From Phallusia mammillata (taxonomy: Eukaryota): a DNA stretch of 64,000 nucleotides. The notes under the pieces are model-generated. The model was not told where the DNA came from, ran no database searches, and was given only the letters and a program-made list of their open reading frames with translations. A program made the translations under genes and the position numbers. The stretch's first letter is position 1. Each line of letters begins with the position of its first letter. This document shows, piece by piece, positions 39,951 through 53,071 of the stretch. Location: NCBI GenBank assembly GCA_965637545.1, contig OZ281495.1, positions 23,250,001-23,314,000 of the forward strand, written 5' to 3'.

Positions 39951-41143
39951 AGGTTTGGTGGCTTTAGCCGTTTAAGCGACAAAGGGTATGTTCAACCCCG
40001 GTTCCATAGCGTCATCGAGCGGTTTATGCGACAAAGGCACACGTATGGCGTGAAATCTCATTATTTTCGATGAGGAACAAATCGATAAGGAAATATGTGG
40101 AAACCTTCAGGATTTTGCGTGTCAACCTTGCGCGATTGTTATTGACCAGTCAAACCTAACGAAAACTTTTAAATCGCTAGGTAACTGCGAAAAGCAAGCT
40201 TCACACTGAGTTAGGTTCCATACTTGTTGCTGCCCGGCAACAAAGGCCGTGTTTCAAAACAACGTTTAAATTCTCTGCAGCCATATAGTTTAAAGAAGTG
40301 CGGACAACCTGCAAAAAATACTGGCCATTAGCAATACTATGAATAATCTTACTACCAGAACGTGGAAAGCCGGTTTCCCCGAGAGCAATGGCTGGACAGA
40401 CGAAAGGTTAAACCTGGCTTGCTGTAATTTGATTTTGAGAGTAATATGTTCATTTAAAATGGTAAATACTCAAGAAGCTTTCCGCTGAGGTTAGTTCTCA
40501 TTTGCAAGTGACGGGAAAATTCGCCTGGTGTGTCCCTTTACACACTGACGGGTCACCTGAAGAAGGGGGGCGTACTAAATCTTCTTGTGTTTCGTTGCGG
40601 TCGAGGCTCAACGTTTCTGGAAAGTTTTTTACCGGCAACTGCTTCAATTTGTACCCGGTAAGCTTTACAACATGCTTGATATGTCGATCGACTTTTTCCA
40701 CCATTTGTTCTACTTTACAGGAACATCTGCAAGCGGGGCAAACTTCCAGGCGTATTTCCCGGAGGGCATTTCGGGGTGGAATGGCGCGTCAACTGGTTGG
40801 GGAAACCTACCTTACGCACCTATAACGCTACGCTCCAACAGGGTGCCAATCAGCGTTCTGTAGCATGTTTTTCCAAGAGCCTGCTTCACTTAGTGCACCT
40901 AAAAAACGCACAAACGAAAAGATTGGAATCGAATACCCCACAGCCCAATTGGACATAAGCCTTCCCAGTATCGTAAAGAGCCTCATCACGGAAGCCGACG
41001 AGGGCACTTCGTCTGATCACGAAATAGTAAAAACTCAAGACTCAATCGATAATGACATTGATCTCGAATTTATGGACATTCCCGGAAACAACTATGGTAA
41101 CAATGCGAGTTCTATGACTTTCGCCGGAAACGACAGTTTATAA
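39951..41143 (+). other. Unresolved cluster of exon-like segments (possible gene or pseudogene)
   Basis: Acceptor/donor pairs around 39951-39985, 40359-40406, 40510-40657 and 40721 onward, plus a 92-codon acidic open frame ending at 41143. No single frame assignment is unambiguous. Confidence 0.3.
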
Positions 41144-41908
41144 GTGGTAAGTAAGAGCGGTTTCATCAGGTTCAATAGCCTTAATCTAATTGTCCTACCT
41201 GCAATTAACAGACAGGATCAGATACCGAGCGTGTAAGAAGTTGCTACAGGGCCCAAAGTGAAGAAAACTGTTCCAAACTACATTGCTTGTTTTTCAATAT
41301 AATGTTACTTTTTTAGCATACATGTGTACTGTGTGTTTGTAAAAAAAAGTTTTGTAAAAAGAAATAGAGTTTCAGCCAGAGTTTTCACCCCACCTGCATT
41401 TCAATTGCAATTGGTCACATACAAAGAAGTTTAAGAAACATGAAACTGTACTTTCGCAGAACTTCGTGTAGGCACCCCGACTGTGAAAACTTTTGGACTC
41501 GGTTTGATTCGGGTTTGCATCTCTGAGCTACTACTAGCCCATGAGGATAGGATTTTACAATTTTAAGTACATGTTTTATATCGTCGTCTTGCATACTTAT
41601 ACTTAATTGTAAACAATTACACAGCGACTAGCCACCACAATTGGTATCATCAAAAACTTTTTGGCTAAACCGCGATGATTCCGCAAGCAACTAAAATGTA
41701 TTGTGATGACAACAACCGGCATTTCCGTATTTGCCTACTCATCGATACAAGGCAAAAAATAATTCTGTTTCGACATCAAGCTGTTCAAAAACAATTTATT
41801 TGCTTACGCACTCGCAGTAAAAGACAAGCAGCCTAAGATTCTTTTTTGCAGTTTTAACGAACATTTTCTTGTATTGTTTTGCGCAAGTTTGAAGATTTCT
41901 GATCCAAG

Positions 41909-43860
41909 ATGAACGTAGCGTTTTTGCTGGCGATGTTTGCTACGTTAACTCAAGGTTAATTTTAATCTCTAAAACTTAAATAAAAAAACTTTTTTGTGTC
42001 TATATGTCTAAATTAGGTTACTTAAAAAAGCATTGGTAAAAGACAAACTTGATGACAAAAAAGTCTAAGTCATTTTAACAAAGTTCGTTTGTTTCTTTAG
42101 CATGTCACGAAAAAGTGCACTACCGGAAAAAACGATCTACCGAAAGCAAAGATCTGAGCATCATTGAAATAGAGAATTTTTTTCCAAGGTGCCTCCGCCC
42201 GAAACTGAAGACTATTGAGGACGTGTCGTTCGAAAGTGTTGTTAAATTTGCGGTTGAACACACAGCATGGTATGAATACGCAAACAACATCAAATGCAGG
42301 TGGGTCGAGAAAAAATGCTTTAAAGGCGCATTGCGAGAGAGTGTTATCATTCTTGTTGCCAATCTTTGTTGCCGTTGCTGTTTCCAAATTTGTGAAAAAC
42401 CGGTTTTAACAAACATTATGATTAGCGTAGCTCTAACACCAATTCGTGGCATAGACCAACAAAATAACATTATACTTGGCCAGTGGTGAAGCCAGTCAAA
42501 AGTTTTCGGAGAGGCCAAATAATTCATTATCCAATACTAATTGCTAACGATATGCGCACCGCGTTTTTTCGGTGCTGGACTACGCTTGATACCTAATTGT
42601 GTTTTCTATCGTTTCACCCACACTGGTTTTGTAACGGTATTTATACTAATACAGTATTTCACTAATGATAAAAAATAATTGATGAAACGCCCACAATAAA
42701 AAGCTTACTCTACACTTTTTTAAGTTTGTGTTCAGTGTTCCTATATTAAACTTGTTAATTTTAATTATCATTTACGAAACAGTACTAATTTTGTTTCGAA
42801 ATAGAAGAAAACCTATATTTTAAAATTTGTAAGTAATATTCGAGCTGTAAACAGTAGAAACAATAAACAGTAAACAGCAAAAATGTTTCACATCCTGTTT
42901 CCGTCCGTGATTCAAATAATCACGCGATCACTGGATTTTGCAATCTCAATAAACCCAATTAGATATCTGGAATAATTTTGACACTCGAAACACAAATTTG
43001 TGTAATTTTTTTTATAAACTTATATAAGTTTATATGCTGGTTTTCAAGAAATCTTCTGTGCTTTGGGGACTTTTTCATGTCGAATTACAAGGCCCAACTT
43101 ACAACTCTGGTCGTGATTCCTTTTGGGGTTGTTGCGTCGAAATCCTATATACTTTGGCAAATTTATATCATTTTTTCAGAAAATCCGAAAATCGAGACAC
43201 AGTTGAATGTTGGGAAGGAGCTGTTGCAGATTTGCTTACGGACGATTCGCGAGTTTTCTTCGCAGTGATAGCATGTCTGAACCAATTCGATATCTTCGTC
43301 CAAACTGGCGATGGTTCGTACACGCTTTAGATGCTATTTAGAAGTAATGATTAACCCCGACATGTTGCACAGATTTTTCTAATGGCGAGTTTGCAGAAAC
43401 TCCTGAAGGAAAAAAACCTGTTAAAAACCAAAATTCTTGTCCGCCCCGCACCAAGACAAATTTTGATAAGTGTGTAGACGACGGATTAAAGAAGCGAGTC
43501 GAAACTAACCCTATCGATGACATGCCTTCGGTCGCTAAAGTGATAGAAAAATATTTCAAATGCAGGTACTTTAGAACTATAAACAGTTAAAATTGCACTG
43601 AGTGACATCGTTTATTTCTTGTCTTTACCTATTGCAGCCAATGCGATTGTAACAGTGTGTTAGAAGTGAACAACGAGTTTGCAAAAAGCTTCTTCAAAAA
43701 AGGTCTAACATGTGACAGCTGCTGGTCAACACGCATTGCTGGTCTGGTCAAACAAGATTCACGCTTGTTGAAACCTATTCGCGCATGTGCCACTGATTTG
43801 GAAGACGTGGACGTTGCACCTGCGACATTAGGTGACACTAGAGACGTTAATGTGGGTTAG
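41909..43860 (+). CDS. Putative secreted preproprotein, 264 aa, 5 exons, furin site and duplicated Cys-containing helical repeat
   Basis: Exons 41909-41954, 42101-42299, 43180-43313, 43373-43565, 43638-43860 join in phase (1,2,1,2) with no stops. Signal peptide MNVAFLLAMFATLTQA, then CHEKVHY-RKKR. Internal repeat ECWEGAVADLLTDDSRVFFAVIAC vs SCWSTRIAGLVKQDSRLLKPIRAC. Confidence 0.8.
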
Positions 43861-44969
43861 TTCAGTATATTTTGTTGTGTATTAAAAATGGTGTGTATAA
43901 GCTTTTTTTTTAAAAAAAGCGTCATGAATGTTTAACCCCTTGGAACAAAATTTTACTTTACGTGTGTATTCTAAAGATTCGTTAGTCAAAACGGTGTGTT
44001 AAAATAAAGATGATCGTTGCTGCAATTGTACAATTTTAATAAAAACATGGTCAGCCAAACCGCGTTTTTAGTATATTTTTTCTGTTAAAAGTACCTTAAT
44101 TGGAGTAATACATCAAAAACTAGAATAAATTCATATGTTTTCCTGTGCCGTGTTCTTGTTTTGATAGGTTATCAAACTTTTTTGCAAAACGCTGCGTCAC
44201 AATCCATTTATATTGCTGGCTTCACTTTAAAGATTTTGAGCTTTGACGTTCAAGGTTTATTACAAACTTTACGTTCTAACACAGACCTATCACAATCTTA
44301 AATGACATTTTGTAGTAATCCGTCGACCTTATTGTCACATGTTGTCATATTTCACGTTTTAAATGCCTTGACCCCACGAAATGTCTTCATATAGATTTTA
44401 TTAAAGCAATGCACAGCAAGACATGCAACTAGCAAGAAACAATTATAAAAATTAAGGCAGTCGAGGTTTTTTTATCACATGAGTCAATGTTGCACTGTTA
44501 CGTAAAGCCCCGTGATTGATAAGCATGATGCGTCGTTAAAAAGGAAATCCGCCGTTTGCCCTAACGTATTTGCCTCATGTTGCACAACGGGGATTTGAAA
44601 AAGATAAAAGGTCACATAAGTTTATGTAAATCTACAGTAAACAAACGCACCTTCCAATAGAACGATACACACTCTCGACTATTAAGATAAAACTGTACAA
44701 AGCTATGCAACAGCAACGGGCCAACTGTCATGATGCTACATGGTTGCCTTTGAAATGACTGCATTGAACATTAAATCAAAAGCACACAACGAATTAGTAC
44801 AAATTACTGCAAAAAGTACACCACAATCCATATAGTGTGGTGAGACGTTTGGCGCCATGACACGTTGGAAGAGTTAACATACATTTTACACCTGTTAGGC
44901 AGGGATGTTGGTTAGGTTAAGCAATGTACAGTAAACAATTGCTGTTTGTGCCAATGAAACGAAACCAAA

Positions 44970-45470
44970 CTACATACGTTTGAAAACATGTATGGTGTGA
45001 CGGCAGCTCGGACACACGTGGCGAATGTCCTTCAAGTCGTCGATGCAGAAGGGAATTAAGCATAAACAGCATATCCAGCCCCCGAACAAAATAATGGCTC
45101 CACAAATCAACCAGGTCAGCAGACTGGTCTCGGCAACAGTGGTAGTTACCACATTCTGGTGACAATTAGGGCAAACACATGTTGCTGGAAACTGACTAAA
45201 CCTTTGCTGCTGAACGATAACGGTCGTGGTACCCGGAGGCACTGCTACGGGTGGCTGACCAGGCTGCATGTCTTGCTTGTATTCCGGTGGAGGCACAACA
45301 CCTGGTTGACCTTGGTAGGGTCCAGCAGGTTGAGGTGGATATGGCTGCTGACCTTGGTACGGTGGTTGATCAGGCTGTGGTGGTGGACCAGCAGCATAAG
45401 GTGGTGGAACAGCAGGATAACCCGGTTGAGGAACCCCAACACCCTCTTGTAACGGTTGCTTCTCTGCCAT
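44970..45470 (-). CDS. LITAF: LITAF/CDIP1-family zinc-ribbon endosomal membrane protein, 166 aa, single coding exon
   Basis: Pro/Gln/Tyr-rich N-terminus with PPPY and PPEY motifs; LITAF domain CPNC...hydrophobic LLTWLICGAIILFGGWICCLCLIPFC...HVCPSC. Confidence 0.92.
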   Translation of the reverse strand: MAEKQPLQEGVGVPQPGYPAVPPPYAAGPPPQPDQPPYQGQQPYPPQPAGPYQGQPGVVPPPEYKQDMQPGQPPVAVPPGTTTVIVQQQRFSQFPATCVCPNCHQNVVTTTVAETSLLTWLICGAIILFGGWICCLCLIPFCIDDLKDIRHVCPSCRHTIHVFKRM

Positions 45471-46292
45471 GTTGGGTTGCAATTATAGAAAGTTTAAAAC
45501 AGTTCTGTAGACAAGCCTTTTTCAAAACAGAATATTGACGTTACATTTTTTTTCCAGTGCTACCCATGTCATTGTTGGATTATAATAATTGTAGTGTATA
45601 ATTTTGTATTTATTGAGTAGCATTAATAACAAAAGATATGGTTAATACAACGTGGCAACAAGTCCAACAACCCAGTAGCAAAACAGTGCACAACATTCTT
45701 TTTAAACGTGTACTTTTTATCGTGTGATCGGTAAATAAAGAATCTAAATTATTGGGATCTTATATTCATCACTGCATGTACAGCTGGTACCAGCAAAATA
45801 ATCAAAATGCTTGCAGACGTTTTTCAATAACAACGAAATACTAAAGGCGATTAGGGTTAACACGTACAGGTGGTCCCATGTCTGTGTAAAACGTGGCAAG
45901 GAACTTCTAAGTTCAAACTCCTAAGCTTTTTATTTTTATCACAACCTATTTAAACGCCATCCAACTGTATGTGACCTGTAATTGACTTCCTCTATACTAC
46001 CTTTAAACAGCATAAAATAGTATCAACAAAAATTAACTTGCAAATAAGGCTACAGCCTGAATATTTCGGAAAATTACTCAGAAAACCACGAAAGACTGTT
46101 GCTTCACATGACAGGGAGTTCCGTTATTGACGCTGCTCGCTATATTAGCTTCGTGGGCGAGCTAATATTTGCTCTCTGGAAGAAGAAATAAAGAGAGTAA
46201 GGGCGGGCTCGTGCACCCACTCAAGCGTACCGTCAGCCAGCCGCTCTCCACTTCTTCTAACTTCAATTGCGAAATGTTTGTGTAAACGTGCT

Positions 46293-46300
46293 TGACGTCA
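46293..46300. promoter_or_regulatory. Palindromic CRE (TGACGTCA) in the CpG-rich LITAF/SLC23 divergent intergenic region
   Basis: Exact TGACGTCA inside a GC-richer stretch (~46100-46400). Function is not shown by sequence alone. Confidence 0.3.
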
Positions 46301-48579
46301 CAGGCGCGTGGCTATGAATTGTTGATCGCTTCGGTAGAGCTACAACGACAAGAGCTCACAACACAAACTTTTGCTAACTACCGATAGATAGCGTAAAGAG
46401 CGCAGTTATTGAAATTAATAGTGAGGTTGGGTTGGAATTACGAACTAAATTTAACGCAAGGAAATAAGCAATAAAAGATTCACAGACAAATATTGTTTTT
46501 TTTTCAAACTTTTTTAGGGTTTCGTCAATGTTTCTATAAGTTTCACCCAAAGCTTTTGGCTAACCCTCTCTGTAATCAAACAAACACGCTTCAGACAATC
46601 AGTTTGATTAGTCGTCTGAATGTTTTTCGATAGTACAAACAAAGATAGTCAACCATTCGCAAAACTTAACTTTACTTTATTCAGAAATACCATTGTTCAG
46701 CCATATTTACATTTCGTTAATTTTTTTCGTAAACGAGGTGAATTAGGCGCTTCACGCCCTATTGAGGATGTCCATCCAACATTTTTAAGATCATATACTT
46801 TTGGAACCTCTTTTCGCTTGATTTTTAAGGAAGTACTGAATAGAGTGTTGCAAATGTAAACACATATATTATGTGGTCAGCTCAAACAGTTTTTTTCTGG
46901 ACAAGATGAGGTCGTATGATTGTATAAACGGCAATAGTCTTTGGTTAAACCCGCAATAAAAAGAGACCCACATGACTACAAATTATGGGTCGGATCAATC
47001 AACTAAAAATAACTTGCAGCGAATGAAGAAAAACAGGCAAAAGAAATTGTGCGTATTACTGCAGTTTAAGAAACTTAGTTTAATAAGTTTTCCGGACTGT
47101 TTCTCTTTTTCCTTTCGACAATAACAAAATGTAAAACAGGAGTTGGAATCACTTGTAAAGCTTTCCACCTTAGAACAGTTATTATTCAAATATATTTCAA
47201 GTGTTTAGTAGTAAATGTGTATGCGCGAATCCCCATCATTTTGTACATAACATAAACAAAGGTGTGCGTTTCTGCGATTGCGCCGTTTTAACACAACTTT
47301 GCTGTGTTGGTTGACTCTAAAAAAACAAACTCTGTTCAAACAAGTTGTCCAATGAAGTGCTTTTAAATCAATGCATGCAGTGAAGTCTGTAAATCATTTG
47401 TCGACAGAGAGAGAGGGTATAAACTACCGAGCAAAGTTTGCTTTCCTCGTTGTATGACGCGCATGAGGGGAGATTTTAACCACCTGAATTGGCAAACAGC
47501 CATGCGTCATTGATAGGTTTATTTTTTCCATTTTCACCTTTAAAAAATGTATTTGCCAAACGTAAGACTAAAAGTCATAGAGGTATGATGTCACGTCGAA
47601 AAGTTTGAGAGTGACTCAATTGTTTGTGTTTTCAGCGGAAATGTTTGGAACCAGTGAACCATAAAGATTGTGCCTGTTCTCAGCTGATCAGTTTGTAATC
47701 AACTGGTCAGTAGATCACGACTCGACAAGTAAAGAGAATCACATTTACTGCCCGTTCAAAGCAACATCAATGTAGTAAAGTTTAGAATCAGAAGTTTCGA
47801 AAAGCGTCAGAACAGAACAGAACTTATATTTACATTATATTTTTTGGTCTGGGTGAAATGTCATAATGACAAAATACCTAAAATGATTAATTGTTTTAAT
47901 CGACATGTAGCCTATCAGAACCGATGCTACGTTCCCCTGACGTGACTTTAAATCGTTTTGCTAAAACCCGGCTTGTAAGTGGGTGAGTTTTAAGTGAAAA
48001 TGTTATACTTTGCTTAGAATCATTTGATTGAGCGGTATCGGACCCTCTGACAGGCAGCATACTCTGCAAAAGTTGCCTTAAAATATCACGGTGGCAAATC
48101 ACGGCTCGGGAACTTTCTCTGGAGGTTTTTTAACTTTCTGTTTATCTGCGTAGAAAAAAGGAAACATGTTGTCGGATGCCAATATATGGAAATTAATTAC
48201 AGCAACGCCTCGAACTGTTTGTGTGCTTCGTTCAGCACAAAGGCAAAGGCGTTAAATTGTGTTTGGCACTAATGTTGTCAAATTTCCAGTGTTTGTCACG
48301 AGCTGTGAAAAGTAGGTTTAAATGAATTGCACATTTGGTTAAGATCGTTTGTTTTATTGATTAGTTTACGTTATTGCGAATTTGTGATAAAAACACATCG
48401 GTTTCAAAACCAATGGCAATAAAGTCTGGCTACCGAAGTTAGTGCATTGTGAGTTAGTGCATCAAGAAACGTTCAAAACCTGTACGTTTGCCTATTACAA
48501 TAAATGTATTAAGTATTTTTATCCACGTTCGTTTTGTAAACTAGTTGCATTGAAAATTGGTCTACTTCTAAAGCAAAAT

Positions 48580-51500
48580 ATGGAAGATTTAAAAAACAAT
48601 GGAAAGGATTTGCCTGAAATAACGTCATTGGCTCCAGATCAGGTAGAAATGATTGAAGAAGAAGATAAAGAAAAACAAACAATTACGGAAACTAGAAAGG
48701 ACTCTTTGATGTATGGGATAGAAGAAGTACCACCATGGTATTTGTGCATTTTACTTGGATTTCAGGTCAGTCTATCACACCCATTGCTCCTTTATTAAAC
48801 ATAAGACCGATTTTGAGGACAATTTTAAGTCATTATGATATTTATCTTTATTTGTAATTTTGTATTTTTATTTAACATTACATATAGCACACCTTTTTTA
48901 GCACTATCTTACGATGTTTGGATCGACTGTAGCAGTACCCCTAATTCTCGCTGGACCTCTTGGTATTGCCGACAACAACGTAGCAAAGGGAGAAATCATC
49001 AGCACCATATTTTTTGCTTCTGGTATTGCTACGTTGTTGCAAACCACCATCGGAAACAGGTAAACTTTAAAGTGCAAAGACCAAAGGAAACGAGTACAAA
49101 ACCAAAGGAAACGTTAAGAGTTGTTTTACTTTGTTAAACTTTTGTAGGTTGCCAATAATACAGGGTGCAGCGTTTTCATTTTTAACGCCAGCCATTGCAA
49201 TAATGACCTCAATCCCAATGCCTGTGACATCTGGTAACCAGACCGATAACTCCACAACATCACCGACGGAACCTCCAGATTTCTGGAAAGTTCGGATGGT
49301 TCAGGTAGACCTCTCCATATGAATAAAAAAGTAAAACATAAAAGCCAATTTTGCGATTGATGCTTCGTAAGTTTTTTCTACGAATGTATCAACATGTGAC
49401 ATTGATCAACAATTGACGTTAAAAACTTATCTTATTTTCGCCAGGTTCAAGGAGCGATTATGGTGGCATCACTAACCCAAGTAGTGCTGGGTATTACTGG
49501 CGTGATCGGCTTTCTTATGTCAAGAATTGGTCCTCTGACAATCGCCCCAACAATCACATTAGTTGGATTGGGACTCTTCGGACCAGCAGGAGATTTTGCT
49601 GGATCCCATTGGGGAATCGCAATGCTGTAAGCAGATTACAAATGTTTTGCCAAATTGGAATTAACGGGAAAAAACTATCTACCATTTCTTTGACTCAGGA
49701 CGAGTTTTCTTATCATATTGTTTTCGCAACATCTTCGAAACGTTGAAGTTCCGATTCCGTTCTTCAAGTTTGATGAAAAGGCTTGTCGCACTGTCAGAAT
49801 CAAATTCTTCTCTTTGTTTCCAGTAAGCAAACTACTTAAATGATTTAACCTACATAACGTAATCTGACATTGAAACATTTATGGTTTACAAAAGCGCGAT
49901 GTACATTTTTGGGGGTTGTATAAATGTTTTGAAATAATTTTAAGGTTATATTGGCGGTTTTGTTAGCGTGGGGATTCTGTGCCATTCTGACTGCGGCGGG
50001 TGCCTTTCCTACCTCGAACACGGTGTATGGGTATGCTGCACGAACAGATGGGAGAATCGGGGTCCTTTCTCAAGCTGCCTGGTTCCGTGTTCCATATCCA
50101 GGTAAACGTATAGTAACATTTTACACAGGGTTGTAAACGGGCCCGAAATCGGAGCCCGAACCCGGCCCGAACCTGAAAGTACAAGCCCGAAACTCGGCCG
50201 GAACCCGAATCGTTTTGAGAAGCCCGTTTGGTCCCAAAAGTTTGATCGACAGGCCTATACATTGAAGCCTCAGAAAAGTCCAAGACGACAAACGTATAGC
50301 AGACAATTGGTCCTTAACATGTCGTTTTCGGGCTGCTTAACATTAGGTCAGGTCCTGCAACTGGCTACTTTGTAAAAAAATACTGATACAGAGTGTAAAA
50401 TCATGCCCGAATCAGGTCCGTTTTTTTAAGAAGCCCAAACCCGAACCCGGACAGAAAAGCTCGGCACAACTTCCAGCTCTGATTTTACAACCAATCTAGT
50501 AGAAATGTTTCATTGCGCATTTCAAGTGCAGTTTAAAATACAGCAGCAACAATTCTTGTTTTTTACAGGTCAATGGGGATTACCTGTGGTCACGGCTTCC
50601 GGAGTGCTTGGCATGATCAGCGGAGTCATTGCGTCAATGATCGAGTCAATCGGCGACTACTATGCTTGTGCGCGCCTCTGTCACGTACGCCCTCCACCAA
50701 AGCACGCGATTAGCAGGTTGGAAAGCCTTTAAAATTATTAATTTACCTTTAAAATTTGGGCACAGACTTTCTCATGTTAAAGCGCTAAATAACAGTACCT
50801 GTGCAAATTGTGTGCAAATTGGCAAATGAAACCACTAACCACTAACTTGTTGTTTTTTCGTCGCTAACATATTTATGAGATTGAAAATTATCATCACCTA
50901 CTGCTGTCAACAGGGGCATTTTCATGGAAGGCGTCGGTTGTGTCATCGCTGGATCATTAGGAACAGGAAACGGAACAACGTCATACAGCGAAAACATAGG
51001 TGCCATTGGAATCACTAAGGTTGATAAATCTGTCAAAGTTTGTCAAAATCTTGGACTGAACTCAATGATCTAAAACTCGCATTTTTAGGTTGGCAGTCGG
51101 CGTGTTGTGCAAACTGGTGCAATTATTATGTTGTTGCTTGCTGTAATCGGAAAGTTCGGGGCACTGTTCACAACTATTCCTGATCCCGTGGTGGGTAAGT
51201 GCTGAAACAAATACTGTACAAAATCGAATCTATTTGCATAGACAGAAACCGACAATGTCATTTAAACCGGCAAAATTTATATTTCTGTTTCGAAAATAAA
51301 AAATACACTGATACTGATTGTTTACCGTTTTTTTTTGAGAGAGAGAGGGATCGAATATAATCGAATCGTCAATTTCTCACCAAACTGCTGCAAAATGTTT
51401 TCGGTTACTGATATTTACAGGTGGTATGTTCTGCGTTATGTTTGGTATGATTGCTGCTGTCGGAATGTCCAGTCTACAGTTTGTCGACCTGAATTCATCA

Positions 51501-52567
51501 CGCAACTTACTTGTGATGGGATTTTCGACATTTCTCGGCATCACACTGCCCGAGTGGGTCAAGAAGAATTCCACATTAATCGACACAGGTAGATTAAAAA
51601 TCTCATATTTTACGTTTGGTTTGGTTACAACACAGCTACCTTGAAAAAAAGATAACACTCGAAAACGTTTGTGCATGTTGTACATAGGATCTACAGAAGC
51701 CAACCAAGTCATTCTGGTGCTTTTGCAAACTGGAATGTTTATTGCAGGTGTCATTGCTTTTATTCTTGACAACACAATTCCAGGTACGTGGTTCCTATAA
51801 AACAGGAGTACACAACCTGCGACCGTTAACACGTGTATATTTAATATCTGGAATGGCGGCAGAACAAATCTTTTGTTAAACATTTGGTATTAAAAAACTG
51901 GTCTCAAATCGATTTCGGTGAGCTGAAACTTTCAAACGCCTATCATGTGCAAACAATTAAGTCAACTGACAATAAACAACGCAACAATACAAATCGTGAC
52001 GTCATAGAGAATTAAGACTGCTAAATCATTTTGCTGAATCAATGGATAAATAAACGAAAAACATGTGGAGACAGTTGGCGGCAATTGGTAGATCAAGGAC
52101 TATAGTGATGCGGTCGCACACGACTATAAAGTATGTGTTTTGGGAAGTTGCTGGGTCTATATATGATCTGGTGCTTGCAAAAACCACATCCGGATATGCG
52201 GTCGCACACGAAGTCATCAACTCGGCGATTGATCCACATGTTTTAAAACCTGTTTCTGTATTATAGGCACAAAGGAAGAACGAGGAATGACAACTTGGCT
52301 ACAACATGAAGGTTCTGAAGAAAGTGACGAGGATGTATATGATTTTCCAGGTATACACGGCCACCCCAGAATAAAAAATTGAACAAATAAAACATGTATA
52401 TATTTTTAGCCCCAATCCAGCGGCAAGTGGATAAAGTGAAAGCATTTCGCTACATTCCTGTTTGCCCATCCTTCAATCTACTACCGACTAGATCGGGCAA
52501 TATCTCAAGCGACGAAGTGCAAATGGCAGATTTTACATCACATACGAACGCAAATGCTTCTGGATAA
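48580..52567 (+). CDS. SLC23A: SLC23 / nucleobase-ascorbate transporter family member, ~609 aa, 13 exons
   Basis: Exons 48580-48765, 48902-49059, 49148-49304, 49445-49626, 49699-49822, 49945-50101, 50569-50716, 50914-51019, 51089-51194, 51421-51588, 51688-51783, 52267-52350, 52410-52567, all in phase. Motifs [70 protein letters not shown]. Confidence 0.96.
50126..50481. mobile_element. hAT MITE, cccgaa-repeat family, in SLC23 intron 6
   Basis: TIR cagggttgtaa / ttccagctctg; perfect 8-bp TSD ATTTTACA; starts 24 nt into the intron. Confidence 0.88.
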
Positions 52568-53071
52568 GCCGATGTCAGCGTTTTGCCAATTACTACGTTT
52601 GCTTTGTGGGGATTTGTGTTTATCGTGAAGGAAAAAAAACACATTTAAATCTATTGTGATATTGTTGTAGTTTACCACTAATAATACACATTTTACATTT
52701 TATAATGCTGTGTTTTCAAGCAGACAGGGTTATCTAGCAACGTATAGTTTTAGTAGTTTTTTTACATTTTCAGACCCCTTTACTGAAGTTATGAAATGGG
52801 AGAGGTCCTGATCAATGACAAGATTGTATGTTACAATTTAACATTTGTTATCTGTTGCGGCTTTTTGTGCTCAGTTTGCAAAGCGCTCCAGAAATATCAG
52901 TACACTATAATCATACCAAGAGGGTTTGCAGGCTAGGTAACCTTTCAAAGTCTGTGTTGTCTATAAATGATTAACTTCGTCGTGGCTAAGCATTTGGCAA
53001 AAAGGCGAAACGTCAAATCTCTATTCCCGTGCTGGGTTACAGACTAGATAAAAAACGACGCAGTTTGCAGC

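Noticed and set aside
42097-42527. Minus-strand ORFs of 96 and 135 aa
   Set aside because: Antisense shadows of exon 2 of the secreted-protein gene on the plus strand.
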